Below are positions 1-15,868 of a DNA stretch of 64,000 nucleotides, piece after piece. Under the pieces are notes generated by a model. It was not told where the DNA came from and searched no databases. It saw only the letters and a list, made by a program, of their open reading frames with translations. A program made the position numbers and the translations under genes. Each line of letters begins with the position of its first letter. Within the stretch, counting starts at the first letter, position 1. Origin of the DNA: Paraspadella gotoi (lineage: Eukaryota > Animalia > Chaetognatha); NCBI GenBank assembly GCA_051294375.1, contig CM119265.1, positions 13,508,124-13,572,123 of the forward strand, in the 5' to 3' direction.

Positions 1-3751
<3,751 letters not shown>

Positions 3752-4319
3752 CGTGGTTCGGAGGGATGGGGGCGTCTGCCTGTCCCTCTGGAAGGGGAGG
3801 CGGCGGGGGCGGAGAAAAGGTCAGTTCTGTGGAGTCATTTTGTAGATGCAGGTCACGAGGGGCGTGGCGGAAGCGAAGATTACAAACCAGTGTTAAGTCA
3901 TTTTCAGATAGCTTTTTTTTTCTGAGGAAATTTTGCGCAAAAAAAATAAAAATGTTGAAATATTTTAGGTCATTCGAATTATATTATAAAATTACAAAAA
4001 CATGGAAAAGTTCGGGAAAGTTTATTGAATGAATAATATTTCTTATATTAGCTGTACCAATTCCAGTTGTTTTTTAACGAAACAATCATTTCAAAGATTA
4101 ATTTAAAATATGGTACCAAATAAAGATGTAAAAAATGGGGAATCGGTCATATCAATTATTATAAAAACATAAATTCGTACAGTCACAAATTTAGATTCAA
4201 ATATTCTTATTTACCAATTTGTAGTATTTCATTTATGAGTTTGTTTTATTTCTTTTCACTTACAAAAAAATGACCAACCGCCTCTGTTTTAATTTCTCGT
4301 GTGTTCGCGGAATAAAGAA

Positions 4320-4326
4320 TGAGTCA
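4320..4326. promoter_or_regulatory. AP-1 consensus site TGAGTCA upstream of the MMP coding start
   Basis: Exact TGAGTCA about 570 bp upstream of the ATG, with another at 2634-2640 in an intron. AP-1 control is typical of MMP genes, but a 7-mer also occurs by chance. Confidence 0.25.
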
Positions 4327-5784
4327 CTCAAATTTGCAACAAAAAAAAAAGGTAAAAAAAATTTTCTCCGAAAATGAAAAAAAAGTAAAAAGGTAAGTGC
4401 GAGAGGCTGTCTCACTTACCCAATTCGAAAGCGCCAAGGTTCTGTTGGCGGCTCGAACGCGACCAAGGAAACGGGGAAGGAGATGAATTAGGAAGAGGAA
4501 GAAGATGTGATGGAGGATGAGGAGAACGATGAGGAGAAGACGTAGAAGAAAAGAAAAAAGAAGATTTAAAAAAAANNNNNNNNNNNNNNNNNNNNNNNNN
4601 GGGGAAAGTAAAAAAAAAACAGAAGATGCAATTTTGGCAAGGAAGAAGTTCTCCAGAGCGGGTGGCAGCAGACTAATAAAAATAAAATCGAGTCGAAGAT
4701 ATTTATTCGAAAAAAAGGAGAAGAGAGAGAGACGAGAGAGAGAGGAGAGAACTTTGGAGAGAGACGAGAGAGGAGAGAGGAAAGAGAGAGAGAGATAGAG
4801 AGATAATTAATATATCAATATCATTTTTTTCGTTCGAAAATTTCCGAGTCCCACCCAAAAAAAAAAAAAGGAATAACCTTCGCGGATTTGGCGCAAAACC
4901 ACCTAACACAAAATTTAAATTCGGAAAAGAATTTGAAGGGATTTCGTTAAAAACGGAAATTCGTGTTCGACTCTGCGATGCACTAACTGCGGAGAGAGAA
5001 GACGCGGAAAGGAGACCTTATCCTCCGTCGCCCGCAGGAAAATCTCCCGCCGTTACCGCGCTGCGGGGTCTCGTCGCGCCGGTGCCGCCAGCCGCGCCCG
5101 CCGCTGCCAACGCCGGCCGAGCACCGCGTTCGATACGAATGTTCACAGAATTTAAAATACTATGAGCATGGCAATGTATAGAAAATTACAAAAATTAATA
5201 TGAAAATAGCAGAAAGAGAAAAAGAATAATAGATTACATGAGAATAAAATACGGATTCCAAATCTAATAAAGGCATCCGTATTAATGGCAGCATTAAAAC
5301 TTGGCTACCGTTCAAGAAATGCAATTCAATGGTTGGATATACCTTAAGACCCTGATAGTGATATGTGCTGTGGTTTTTATACGCTAAAAATAAAACATAA
5401 TGTTTTTTTCGGTTCATTACACTTATTTCATTCGTGAATGTCCTTGCAACAAAAAAAACCTTGCAAACTTAGAAGAAACTTAGAAGAAAAAAGCCTGAGA
5501 AAGATAAACAGAGCTAAAGAATAGCACACAAACACATTAAAACGAACTTTTTTAAAGAGAATGGGTTTTTTGAGGTTTTTTTTTGTTGTTGTTGTTGTTG
5601 TTGTTGTTCTTGTTTTTTGTAGGAAAGGGTCTATTACTGCGAAAATGTCGATAAAAAATTAAAACGAGTAAATTTAGAGAAGTAAGACATGAGACGGATG
5701 AAGAAACTTAGCCTAATGTAAAGAGAAAATAAAGAGATATAAACAAAGGAAAGAAAGAAAAAGAAAAGAAAGGGAGAGACGTCT

Positions 5785-6600
5785 GCGGTGGTCCTATCAC
5801 CACAGGATGAGATTAAAGCTTGCTACTTTTCACAGCGCATCTCAGTGGCTCATGGTGGACTGAATTGCACTCACCCAATGTGCGTCCCTGCGTTCGAGCC
5901 CTGAGGTTGTTCAAGTGTAGAAAGTGGATGGGACCGGTTAAACCCGCCTGTAGCATGGCGAGCCTTACTTGCCAGATCCAAAGCTTCTGGACTACATTTG
6001 AACATGCTGTCTCGCCTTGTCGCCACCGATGACACGCTGCGCGGTGGCCCTGTGTAAAACCAGCCTCTCAATGGTGACCGCCACGTTGATCGCCGAACAC
6101 GCAACCCCGGCATTGGATAATACCTCCTTCTGCCGTTGATGTTTTGGTTTGAGCTTACACACTGCCACTCAAAGTCGAGCCCAACCAGAATGAAAGAGCA
6201 GTCAGCGGAGAGACATTGCGCGTTGCATCCCCGCCTGCGTTCGTACCTCTCAGATGCGAGATCCCGGGGCCGGCTGTCTGACTTGTTTGGTCCATCACCA
6301 CAGTATGGATTTACTACCACGCTGTCCCTGTTACTTTCAGCGGCGAAAGCATCGTGCCTCCAGTGGACTAATGGCACCAGCCCTCAAAGTGTCGCGTCGC
6401 CTGTCGTTCAGAAGCCCTGAAGCGTTTGCGTCATGTTAGAAAGTGGGAATGGAGCCGCCGGTAACCCGCCTCTGTAGCATGGGCCCTACTTGCCAGAGTT
6501 GCCACGCTGGAGTCTACTATGAACATGCTGTCTCGCTGTTCGCCACGACCGCGTGACACCGCTGCGGGTTGTGGCGGCCCTTAAAAACCAGCCTCTTCAA
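5785..6600 (+). mobile_element. Two tandem, diverged or noisy copies of a roughly 300 bp SINE-like interspersed repeat
   Basis: About 5790-6070 and 6288-6600 share blocks in the same order (GGTCC.ATCACCACAG, TAGAAAGTGG, AACCCGCCT..GTAGCATGG, TACTTGCCAGA, TGAACATGCTGTCTCGC, AAAACCAGCCTCT). The first copy has a B-box-like GTTCGAGCC. The core AACCCGCCTGTA.CATG is shared with the 10480 element. Confidence 0.55.
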
Positions 6601-7407
6601 GACGGAGAAAGAGAGGATGAGATCGGAGTGAGAGAGAGAGAGAAAGACTGAGGAGAGAGAGAGATCATGGGCTGGAAGCCGTAGCGGCGATCTTTTCCTT
6701 TACGGAACGTTCGAATCCAAATTCGTCGTGCCCCATGATGGCTTCTTTTTTTTCTGCATTTGTAAAGCTATATTGAAAAGGTTACGTAAAACGAAATGTA
6801 CTTATTTCTGTTTATTTTCAGCGTACGACCGCAAGTTTTTTTCCTATTTATTTATTTCTTTATTTATTTTGTTATTTTTTTTGGCTGCCAGAGAGACGGC
6901 GTAACTCTCGAACGAGACGAACAATGACATTTAGTGTCCATCAGCAAAGTTATTGTATTGTCGAAGTAATCGTACTTATCATGCGGATCTTCCAAAACAT
7001 TTTCTTGGAAGATTTATCTAATTTTAATTTTCCGGGAATAAAATCGGTTTTAGTCCGGTTTTAGTTTTAATTCCGGCGATAATCCGTCTTGAGACGCGGG
7101 AATTCCGGGTTTGATACCTTTTCTCATCTCGCGAATCCTTTTGACAAGTTTTAAGAAGAACCACGCGATTGTGGAGACGTTGAGAAGAAAAGGCTGAAAA
7201 ATGAATTAAGCTTAATTAAATGCAAAATAGGTATTCCTAGTTAAGGAATTATCTCTGCTAATTCAGAGATCGAAAAAAAAAATTATACATTTTCCTAAAC
7301 CTCGTCATTACTATTTTGAACTTAGAACTTCAGTCGTCATTGACATCATCATCGTTATCATCATCTCTCAATCGATCATTCAGTTCCCATCATCATCCAC
7401 ATCATCA

Positions 7408-7409
<2 letters not shown>

Positions 7410-7506
<97 letters not shown>
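7410..7506. repeat. (ATC)n microsatellite
   Basis: Pure trinucleotide run. Confidence 0.97.
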
Positions 7507-8107
7507 TCTTTCCACCGCAAATTTTTAAATCTGCCGATTATCCTCTTTGCGCGACGAAAACGACAACAAACAACGAATGTTATAGTGAAATAATCATTGA
7601 TTTTTAAATCAATGAATGCATGGATTTTAATTACTAGTTTCAATTAAGCTCTGTTGTTTGATGGCGGCGACATCGTGTTGTTCACAAGTTAATATCGAAA
7701 TTCCTCAGCAGTCAGCATCCTCTATTAAACTTTAGAAACAAACCCAAAGGAGGCAAGATCGATTTGACTGAGCGTTCGGTTTCTCTCTCTCTCTCNNNNN
7801 NNNNNNNNNNNNNNNNNNNNNNNNNNNNNNNNNNNNNNNNNNNNNNNNNNNNNNNNNNNNNNNNNNNNNNNNNNNNNNNNNNNNNNNNNNNNNNNNNNNN
7901 NNNNNTCTGTGTTTGGACGCGACGCGTCGCGCGGTGTTTGTATACAGAAATCAATAAACCAACATTTTTTACAACCGAAAAACCATTATCCTTATTTTCT
8001 AATCCTCCGTTCACGGCGTCGGAATAAAATTGATTTTTTTTAATACTTTTTTATACTCTCTTTTATACTATCTATACTCTTTTCTTATTTTGTCTTTCAT
8101 CGGACGA

Positions 8108-11100
8108 ATGTGGTTGTACTTTTTCTCGTTGGTCCTCTACCTTATCTCTTTGCCGACGGAAACGATCGGGACGGGCGTCACTTCAGCGCCGGAAGACGCT
8201 TTTTCCGAATCGGCGTCCGCGCGAAATGTCCGAAGCCCCGAAGAGTGGCACAAAACTCTCGAGGACGAAGATCCCCACTCCAGCCTTTTATCCGTTTTTG
8301 AAAAGAGCAACAGGAAATATCGTCACGTGACCAAGTAAATTATAATTATAATTATTCTATTCCATGAAAAAAAAAAAAACGAGGGCGTAAGATTCACAAC
8401 TATTTGTATTGCCGCAGAATGCATGGTTGGGACGCTAATGGGGCGATAACCCGCCAAGCCTTTACGATTGGGATGAATGTAATTATTCGATTAGCCAATT
8501 AAATCTTTCCCTTAACCGACCAATCAGATTCTTGCAAGCGTCGACCCGCGTCGATGTCAACGTATCCACCTATCTCGTCCGCAGCGTCAATCTGGACGAG
8601 AAGCGCGAATGTCTCGACGTGACGTTCAGTTGTCGTTTCCGGTGGCGGGACACGCGGCTCGGATGGAATCCGGGGGAATACGGGGGAGTCACCTCGCTCA
8701 TTCTGTCCGTCGACGCGATCCCTGTCCCCGACGTTAGCGTTTTAAACGAGAGGGACGAAGGCGAGTCGGGGGACGGAATCGTAGCGCGGATTGTGTCATT
8801 AATGATACTAACAGTAACCGATGAGTGAATGACGTATTCTTTTTCTATCTGTTTACAATAAAATTGATTGCAGTTTGAAGTTTGTTTGAAGTTTTTAGTT
8901 GCGCCGCGAGTGCTCGCGGAGAAATTCTATAAGTCACTTTTCGGTCCGTCGGTCCGTCGGTCCGTCGGTATGTCTGTCTGTCTTGCATATAGTTGGTTTC
9001 TCGATCCTCAAATTTAAGGAAATCCTAAAATCCTAAATCCTAAAACTATTAAAAATAAAAGACGAAATTCTGATGTAGTGCGTGTCATAAATACATGAGC
9101 TAAGAAAGTTATTGTTGTCATGTAGTTATGTCGCGTCATATCATTTTATGTCATGTCATATCATGTCACAAAAATAGACGTGATAAGACAGTCACTGCGA
9201 CGCAACACATTTGAGTTACCGTTCTTGTTACTTTTGATTTCGAAGTCGACCCTAACGTTAACTCGATTTCGGCTCGAAAATTCTAANNNNNNNNNNAAAA
9301 ATGCTCATAATTTGCATATAGTTGGTTTCTCGATGCTCATTTGTTAAGAAGGGATAAAATCCTCCAATTTCAGGAAATCCTAAAATCCTAAATCCTAAAA
9401 CTATTAAAAACAAAAGACGAAATTCTGATGCAGCGCGTGTCATAAATACATGGGCTAAGAAAGTTATTGTCATGTCGTCATGTCACGTCATATCATTTTA
9501 TGTCATGTCATGTCATGTCACGAAAAATACACGTGATAAGGCAGTCACTGCGACGCAACACATTTGAGTTACTTTTCTTGTTACTTTTGATTTCGAAGTC
9601 GACCCTAACGTTAACTCGATTCAGGCTCGAAAATTCTAATTTTTTTCCTTTAATTAAAAGTCAAAACCTTCCTTCCAATTCAGAGTATNNNNNNNNNNNN
9701 NNNNNNNNNNNNNNNNNNNNNNNNNNNNNNNNNNNNNNNNNNNNNNNNNNNNNNNNNNNNNNNNNNNNNNNNNNNNNNNNNNNNNNNNNNNNNNNNNNNN
9801 NNNNNNNNNNNNNNNNNNNNNNNNNNNNNNNNNNNNNNNNNNNNNNNNNNNNNNNNNNNNNNNNNNNNNNNNNNNNNNNNNNNNNNNNNNNNNNNNNNNN
9901 NNNNNNNNNNNNNNNNNNNNNNNNNNNNNNNNNNNNNNNNNNNNNNNNNNNNNNNNNNNNNNNNNNNNNNNNNGGACCACTCACAGATCGTTGATCGTCT
10001 GCAGATTGGACGTGACATATTTTCCCTTCGATGACCACATTTGCGACATCTACATGGGAACTTGCGCGAGTCGGGAAGACAGGATTCGCGTTAGAACTTA
10101 GTTTTGTTATAGAATTATAATTTAAAAATATTCAGAAGTAAAATTGTTCCCGAGAGTCTGTGAAAAGCAATCCCATCACACTCGGATTAAAAATTTCTTC
10201 TCAAAATTTAAATAATTTATTTATTTTAGTTGTTGTCCGACGTCAACGAAATTCGTGAATTAGAATTCTCCCAAACTCATGGGCAGTGGAATATCCTTCA
10301 ATCTTGCGTGATGACGAAAAGTGACGAAAACCGAAGATCGCTCCTTATTTTCAGGCTTAAGATGCACAGAATTAACACCCTGAAAGTTGTCAATCTCATT
10401 CTTCCAGGATGCATGATTCTTATTCAAGTAAATGTTTTTTACAGACGTTATGGTGGACTAAAATCCACCAACTGTTGATCAGCGGCCATTGGTGCCGGAG
10501 GCAAGTCATTCGCCTCCCAACCCAAAGGTCCGGGGTTCTAGCCCGGTGGTCGTCTGGCAGTTAAGAGGGACGGGGCGCTCAACCCGCCTGTAACATGATC
10601 CGAAGCTCAGGGACTGCTTATATGGAAAGGTTCTGTCACTAACATATAACAATAATTACTGTCTCTTCAACGTAATAATTTTGGTCTTACCTTTCACTTT
10701 ACAATTGATTTTATAACATCGAACCCCAATAATTTTTTTAAATTAGAAAATAAATTACAAATATAATCCCTAACGCTTACCTATAATCCTTTTTTTTAGA
10801 TTGTCTTTAGTTACTGGCTGCCATTGGATTCGCCGGGCAAACCAATGATGGGGTATCAGTTTATCTGTCCGCAACTTACCAAAGCAGCACCATTCATAGA
10901 GTGACCCCCGACTCCAAACCTTTTCCAATGCTCGGCATTTCTACGCTTTCAATTGCGTACTCGCCACTGTGCAATTCGTGTCAGCCGTCGTTGTACTTTA
11001 CATTCGTTACCAGGTAAGGAAAAAAAACAATATATATTGAATATGGATAACTATTTAGACATTGTTATAATCCTTTCATTCATTTCGGATAACTATTTTA

Positions 11101-12149
11101 AAAATTTGATCCCATTTCCTAGGGTACGCTGAAAAAACCAATGCCCATTTTATGCAAAAGGTTTTTAAACTGAGTGATGCAACAGAATTGTGGACGGATT
11201 ATTTTCCTTTCAAGGTGGTTAGGTAAGGCATAAATTACGATCAAACAGTTTTGTTTTTTTTTATAATTTACTCTTTATTCTAATGCAGGCATGAACAGCA
11301 TCTGGAACAAGCAAAAATTTGGGCGATTTTGAAAAAAACTAAGAAACAAGGAAAAGTTGAAGGATTTGGTTACAGTCTTCCAGGATCACAAAAAGAGGTT
11401 CAGCACCACGAGTTTTACGAGGTACAAAACGATTTTAAATTTCGAGATCAAAAATGATTTTCAAATAATAAATAATTTTCATGGACATCTGTGATGCGTT
11501 TAATTATTAGTATTATATAGTAGTAGTATTAATAGTGTTAATAATACCGAAGGTTAATACTAGGATTGATCTTTTGTATCATTTTTATAGGCAAATTTAC
11601 AACCTTCTTCGCTTGAGCGACACCTAGCATCCATTGACTTGACAATGCGTCAAGAATCAAACAATTGGCGGCGAAAATGGGCCAGGGAGAAGCACCTCTT
11701 GGAATGTAAATCAGATTGGGAATCGCTAGCGTTAAGGGTAGACAGGTAACTATAACTACACCTAGATTTTCCTAAATATCAACGAAACAATGGCGAAAAT
11801 ATCTCGGGATATTCGAAAGCTTAGTACCGATCTTAGCTCATTGAAAAGCAGCGTAACAACTTCTGAACGAGCCAGCTGGGTTTTAAGTCCAAACTAGGAT
11901 TATCAGCTGCAGTTACCGGCTTCCCCGTTCATAATGTTTTATAGATATTAACGATTGACGCCCCTCTAGACAAGAGACGAATCCCAAGTATTTTAGCTAA
12001 TTAATTTGCATCATAGGATTTTGTTTTTGGCTTTCATATTGGTGTACTTCGTTGCTATGCCCGTGATTATCCTTGGTTCAACGACGAACCGAAGATTCAA
12101 CGGAGAAAATAATTACTGCACCTACACTGAATGGAAAAAAAATGATTGA
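8108..12149 (+). CDS. Divergent nicotinic acetylcholine receptor-like Cys-loop subunit (non-alpha type)
   Basis: Exons 8108-8334 (signal peptide MWLYFFSLVLYLISLP), 8528 to about 8790 (WRDTRLGWNPGEYGGV..PDV), <9974-10089 (Cys-loop C-RLDVTYFPFDDHI-C, exon start lies in the N gap), 10230-10427 (GQWNIL, M1 VVNLILPGCMILIQ), 10800-11013 (M2/M3), 11123-11222, 11289-11421, 11591-11745 (SDWESLALRVDR) and 12017-12149 (M4). Three single-base frameshifts must be assumed in homopolymers at about 10851, 10939 and 11150. Confidence 0.88.
8891..9290 (+). mobile_element. Helentron/DINE-1 (HINE)-like non-autonomous repeat with (GTCC/GTCT)n tract, in an nAChR intron
   Basis: T-rich start, short hairpin CCGCGAG-TG-CTCGCGG, then CTATAAGTCAC and GGTCCGTC/GTCT repeats. 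Similar GTCY tracts occur at about 38450, 45478 and, inverted, 56566-56630. The body is repeated at about 9315-9640 across an N gap. Confidence 0.5.
10480..10640 (+). mobile_element. tRNA-derived SINE-like element in an nAChR intron
   Basis: A-box-like TGGTGCCGGAGG and B-box-like GGTTCTAGCCC at tRNA-like spacing. They are followed by the core AACCCGCCTGTAACATG/GATCCGAAGCT shared with 5790-6070. No intact cloverleaf. Confidence 0.55.
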
Positions 12150-12233
12150 TACCGTTTTTAATGATAAAAAACGCTTCGTAGACATTAGGAAACTCATCTA
12201 ACTTAATTTGGACTATTGAAAAATCGGAAAAAA

Positions 12234-12418
12234 TTTACTTTCGACGACCGCGGTTATGACGGCTTTTAAAAAAACCCATTTAAAAATACTTATTTTTTTA
12301 AAAAAACTTAAAAAAAAATATTACCTAATTACCCTAACCCTAAACCCTCCTAACCTTAAACCACCCTTAAATCACCCTTATCCCTAACCCCTCCCTAACC
12401 CCAGTCGGCGAAAGTAAA
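12234..12418. mobile_element. MITE-like element with roughly 23 bp inverted repeats and internal degenerate CCCTAA repeats
   Basis: TTTACTTTCGACGACCGCGGTTA (12234-12256) matches the reverse complement of 12396-12418 (TTTACTTTCGCCGACTGGGGTTA) at 20/23. Interior 12325-12400 has CCCTAA/CCTTAA units. Confidence 0.65.
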
Positions 12419-12850
12419 AGTAACCAGAAAAGTTAAAAAACTTACAACCTTGAATGTAATTTGTAAATTGTACAGCGAACTAAAGGTTTTGTTAAAAAAT
12501 TTTTCTCTTTCAAACGGGTTGTAAATATTCGGAGCTGTCTTTGAACCGGTTTTATCGAAAAAAAATCCAAACTAACGCCCTTTTTTATTTTGATAAAGTT
12601 TATGCTTTGGAATCATAAAAATGTAATTTAATGAAATGAAATATTTGCATTTACGAATTTGAAAATATTACTTATAATTTTTTATCAGAAAAACCCCATT
12701 TAAAAAAAAAAAAAAAGAAATCGCTTCACCAATACTTTTTTTACTCCAAAAAAGGTCACGAAAAACACAACGCATCGAGAGAATCATTAAAAAAAATTTC
12801 ATAAAAATCACATCAAGTCACACACTAGGTATTCACTGCAAATACAACCG

Positions 12851-14235
12851 TCACAAATGACATTCAACGACGATCGGCGGAGGCGCGAGGTGATTTTTAG
12901 ACATTCTTATTTGATCTTTGACGTTCTGTACCGGACTCTCGGAAATCTGCATCGACTGGAAAGCGAAGATCTCCTTGTCCAAATCGTCGCCCTCCACGAT
13001 CTTGTAGAGGGGGATCTTGTCGTCCTGCGGGCGAAGGCCGGCGTCCAAATATTCTGGCAGAAGCCACTGAGAGTCGCGATGGCGCCGAGTCGCGTCGCGC
13101 GGGTCCGAGACGTCGATTCCGCGCCGCTCTTCCGGCCCCTTGCGGCGGGAATCGTCAAAATGGCGGTAGTCGGTGGCGCCGTTTTCGTGAAAATCGGCGG
13201 AAGGAAAAAAATCGAAGATTCCTCGACGGTCGGCAGAGGGCGAGGGAGAGAGCGTGTCGTAGGCAGAGTCCACGGACATTCTCTCCGCATCTTCGTCCAC
13301 CTCGAAACCCGGCGACATCCTTTCGGCGAAATCCTTTCCGAACGCCTCCAATTCCGTTTTGAAGTTGTGCGGACGCGAACTTCGGCCTTTCTGAACTTCA
13401 AGCGAGGTTCGCCTATCGCCGTAAGAAGCTTGGCTTTGCAGAGAAACGCGGCGATCTACAGGAGCTTGGCTTTGTAAGGAAATTCTGCGATCTTGTAAAG
13501 CTTGGCCTTGCAGGGAAACTCGGCGATCTACAGGAGCTTGGCTTTGTAAGGAAATTCTGCGATCTTGTAAAGCTTGGCTTTGCAGGGAAACGCGGCGATC
13601 TACAGAAGCTTGGCTTTGAACCGAAACTCGCCGTTCTCCTAATGCTTGGTTTTGCAGTGATACACGGCGATCTAAAGAAGCTTGGCTTTGCAATGAAACC
13701 CTCCGATCTGGAGAAGCTTGGGTCGTTTGTGATTTTCGACGATATTTAGGTTTTGGGGAATCTTTCAAAGTCAAGCTATCTAACGAAGTTACGCTTTCTT
13801 CAGTATTGTAGTCTTTGTCGATCGGCTCTTCGCCATTACGGCTCCCCTTTAGAAGTTCACGCTCTTGCGAAATTTTTCGTTCCGTCGACATCCGATGCTC
13901 CATTGAAATTCGTCTGCGACAGGTTTCCTTTGACGCCGAGACGGACACGTCGGCCAACTCCTCGTCATTTGTCGACGTCGCTTCATTGGCCGTCTTTGCC
14001 CAACCACCATCTGCTCGATCGACGACAAACGGTCCCATAACTTACAGAATAATTATTAAAAAAAATATTATTAATTTTTACCTTCGACTTTGACTGCCAA
14101 CACTTGTTCAACTTGCGCCGCCACCCTCTTCCGCTTTTTGCATTCGTTTTTCACGCAAAAATAAAGCGAAAAAAGCGCGAAAATGAAGACGAGCGAAAGC
14201 AGCGGCCAAGTGGCTACGTCGCTTAAATTTTCCAT
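12851..14235 (-). CDS. Orphan single-pass membrane protein (about 447 aa) with tandem 12-aa RRxS repeats
   Basis: Exon 14235-14082 encodes MENLSDVATWPLLSLVFIFALFSLYFCVKNECKKRKR.., a TM followed by a basic stop-transfer. A 41 nt GT-AG intron (14081-14041) joins it in frame to the long ORF 14040-12851. Confidence 0.8.
13400..13720 (-). repeat. Coding 36 bp tandem repeat (DRRVSLQSQAxx, about 9 copies) with a 72 bp higher-order duplication
   Basis: Visible in both DNA (GCTTGGCTTTG..CGGCGATCT) and protein. Confidence 0.9.
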
Positions 14236-14650
14236 CGTCAACGTGTAATGATATCGCTAATTATTTTTTGGTCTAGTAAGTCTACTTTTATTGATTTTTT
14301 TTTTATTGATTAGATCGTCATTAAAAAAAATTGTAGTTCGAATAATCTTAGACAAGAACGAAAGAGATAAAGAAATTAAAAAAAAAAAGTTGACAAGGAC
14401 GTTGTTATAAAACGAAGGACGTCGTCCCAATAACAACAACAAAAGAAAACCGATAAGGTTAAAAGTAGTTTTTAGGTCAATGGGTCGCGAAAATATTGGC
14501 ACCGGTTAAACATTTTGATCGAGATATCTCTCTAAACGTCGTTAAATTAACAAGTATAAATGCGCTTACGACACGACTTTTATGAAAAAATTATTGTGTC
14601 TCGAACATTTAAAATATTATCAAAGTCTCAGAAGAACGAGATTAAAACTC

Positions 14651-15547
14651 GATGTGGCAAGATAATAATCGCTACATGTTTACTTAAAAGATTGAAGTAC
14701 CAGACGAAAATAAGTGTCTTGGAACGCGTTGGTTTTTGAAATTGCTAAATAACTTACAATTACATATGCATTCATCGGTATATATTATATTAATAATATT
14801 ACGGAGAGGATTATATGATGTGCAACTTTGTAAGGTAAAATGAAATAATATAGAAACACACACAATTGAAGCGGTCCAGTCACGGGGATCGAACACGAGT
14901 CTATGTAACTTAGCCTGCTCATTGATATAATTGATATAATTTACAGACAAACCAACGTCATATTATGGCAACGGGAGCTATACTGCCCTCCCCTTCTGAA
15001 AACACACTTTGGCCCTCAAAACCCAGAGTTTCTGTCTTAAAAGTCGACAAACTCATTGCCACAGAAAGAGAACTCCCGACAGCTGGCGCTCTGGGCTTAA
15101 GACCTGCACTGACCAGTGACCACCTAATGTCACTGGCGTGCTTATATAGGCACCATGACCTTGAAGAGATTGAATCCGGTGCTTACAGTTGGTGAGAAAA
15201 TACATAGCTGTCAAAGCTAATGGGACCAAGCTATACGGGGGGCGAATTTAGGATTTGCCACACAAGACACTAATATTATTGATACTTTATGGCAACGGAG
15301 GGACATGTGTGATGCCTGGGGTGTGAGGCATCTCCCGACAGCTGGCGCTGAGGGGTATTGACCTGCAGTAACCACCCCATGTCACTGGCGAGTTCATGCC
15401 AACACCATCACACTTTAACCAGCGTGACCATGAGGGGATTGAACCCGGAACTAACGGTTGGTGAATGAGTACTTAGCTGTCCAAGACAATGGGACTAGCT
15501 GAGTTTCACCAAGCTATACGGGAGGCGAATTTATGATTTGCCACAAC
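14651..15547. mobile_element. Composite repeat: imperfect terminal inverted repeats enclosing two tandem tRNA-like SINE units (minus strand)
   Basis: Units at about 14960-15262 and 15275-15547 share TTATGGCAACGG, CTCCCGACAGCTGGCGCT, ATGTCACTGGCG, GATTGAA.CCGG and CCAAGCTATACGGG.GGCGAATTTA.GATTTGCCACA. B-box GGTTCAATCCC on the minus strand. GATGTGGCAAGATAATAATCGC at 14651 resembles the reverse complement of the right end. Confidence 0.55.
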
Positions 15548-15806
15548 TTGATATTTAACGGGAATCTAATGTTAATTTTAACAAAATTGAAAGTCTTTGA
15601 ATGTCTTAAATTATCCCTTTAGTATATTATAAAAATATTTAATGTGTCTCTTTGATGTAATGGAAAACAAATTTTGATGTTGAAAATATGAGTACAAAAT
15701 GATTCATTCAAAGCCTTGCGATTTCGTGAGGCAAATATATTGCGAAACGTCTTGAAAATATATTGTTCGAACTTTTGAAATAAAACTGTTCCTCGATCCT
15801 TTTTTT

Positions 15807-15868
<62 letters not shown>

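Noticed and set aside
8985-9640. Biological tandem duplication in the nAChR intron
   Set aside because: The two copies abut a 10-N gap, consistent with unmerged allelic contig ends.
10480-10560. Functional tRNA gene (also about 15430-15500 on the minus strand)
   Set aside because: A/B-box-like motifs are present, but I cannot fold a complete cloverleaf, and each is attached to a repeat body.
10845-11155. Programmed frameshifting, RNA editing or pseudogenisation of the nAChR-like gene
   Set aside because: All three shifts are single missing bases in homopolymer runs, the typical long-read error, and the window has many other signs of poor polishing.
12857-13477. Antisense or overlapping ORFs over the RRxS, Cys-less and SLC23 genes
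   Set aside because: These are shadow ORFs expected from GC-rich codon usage, with no independent motifs.
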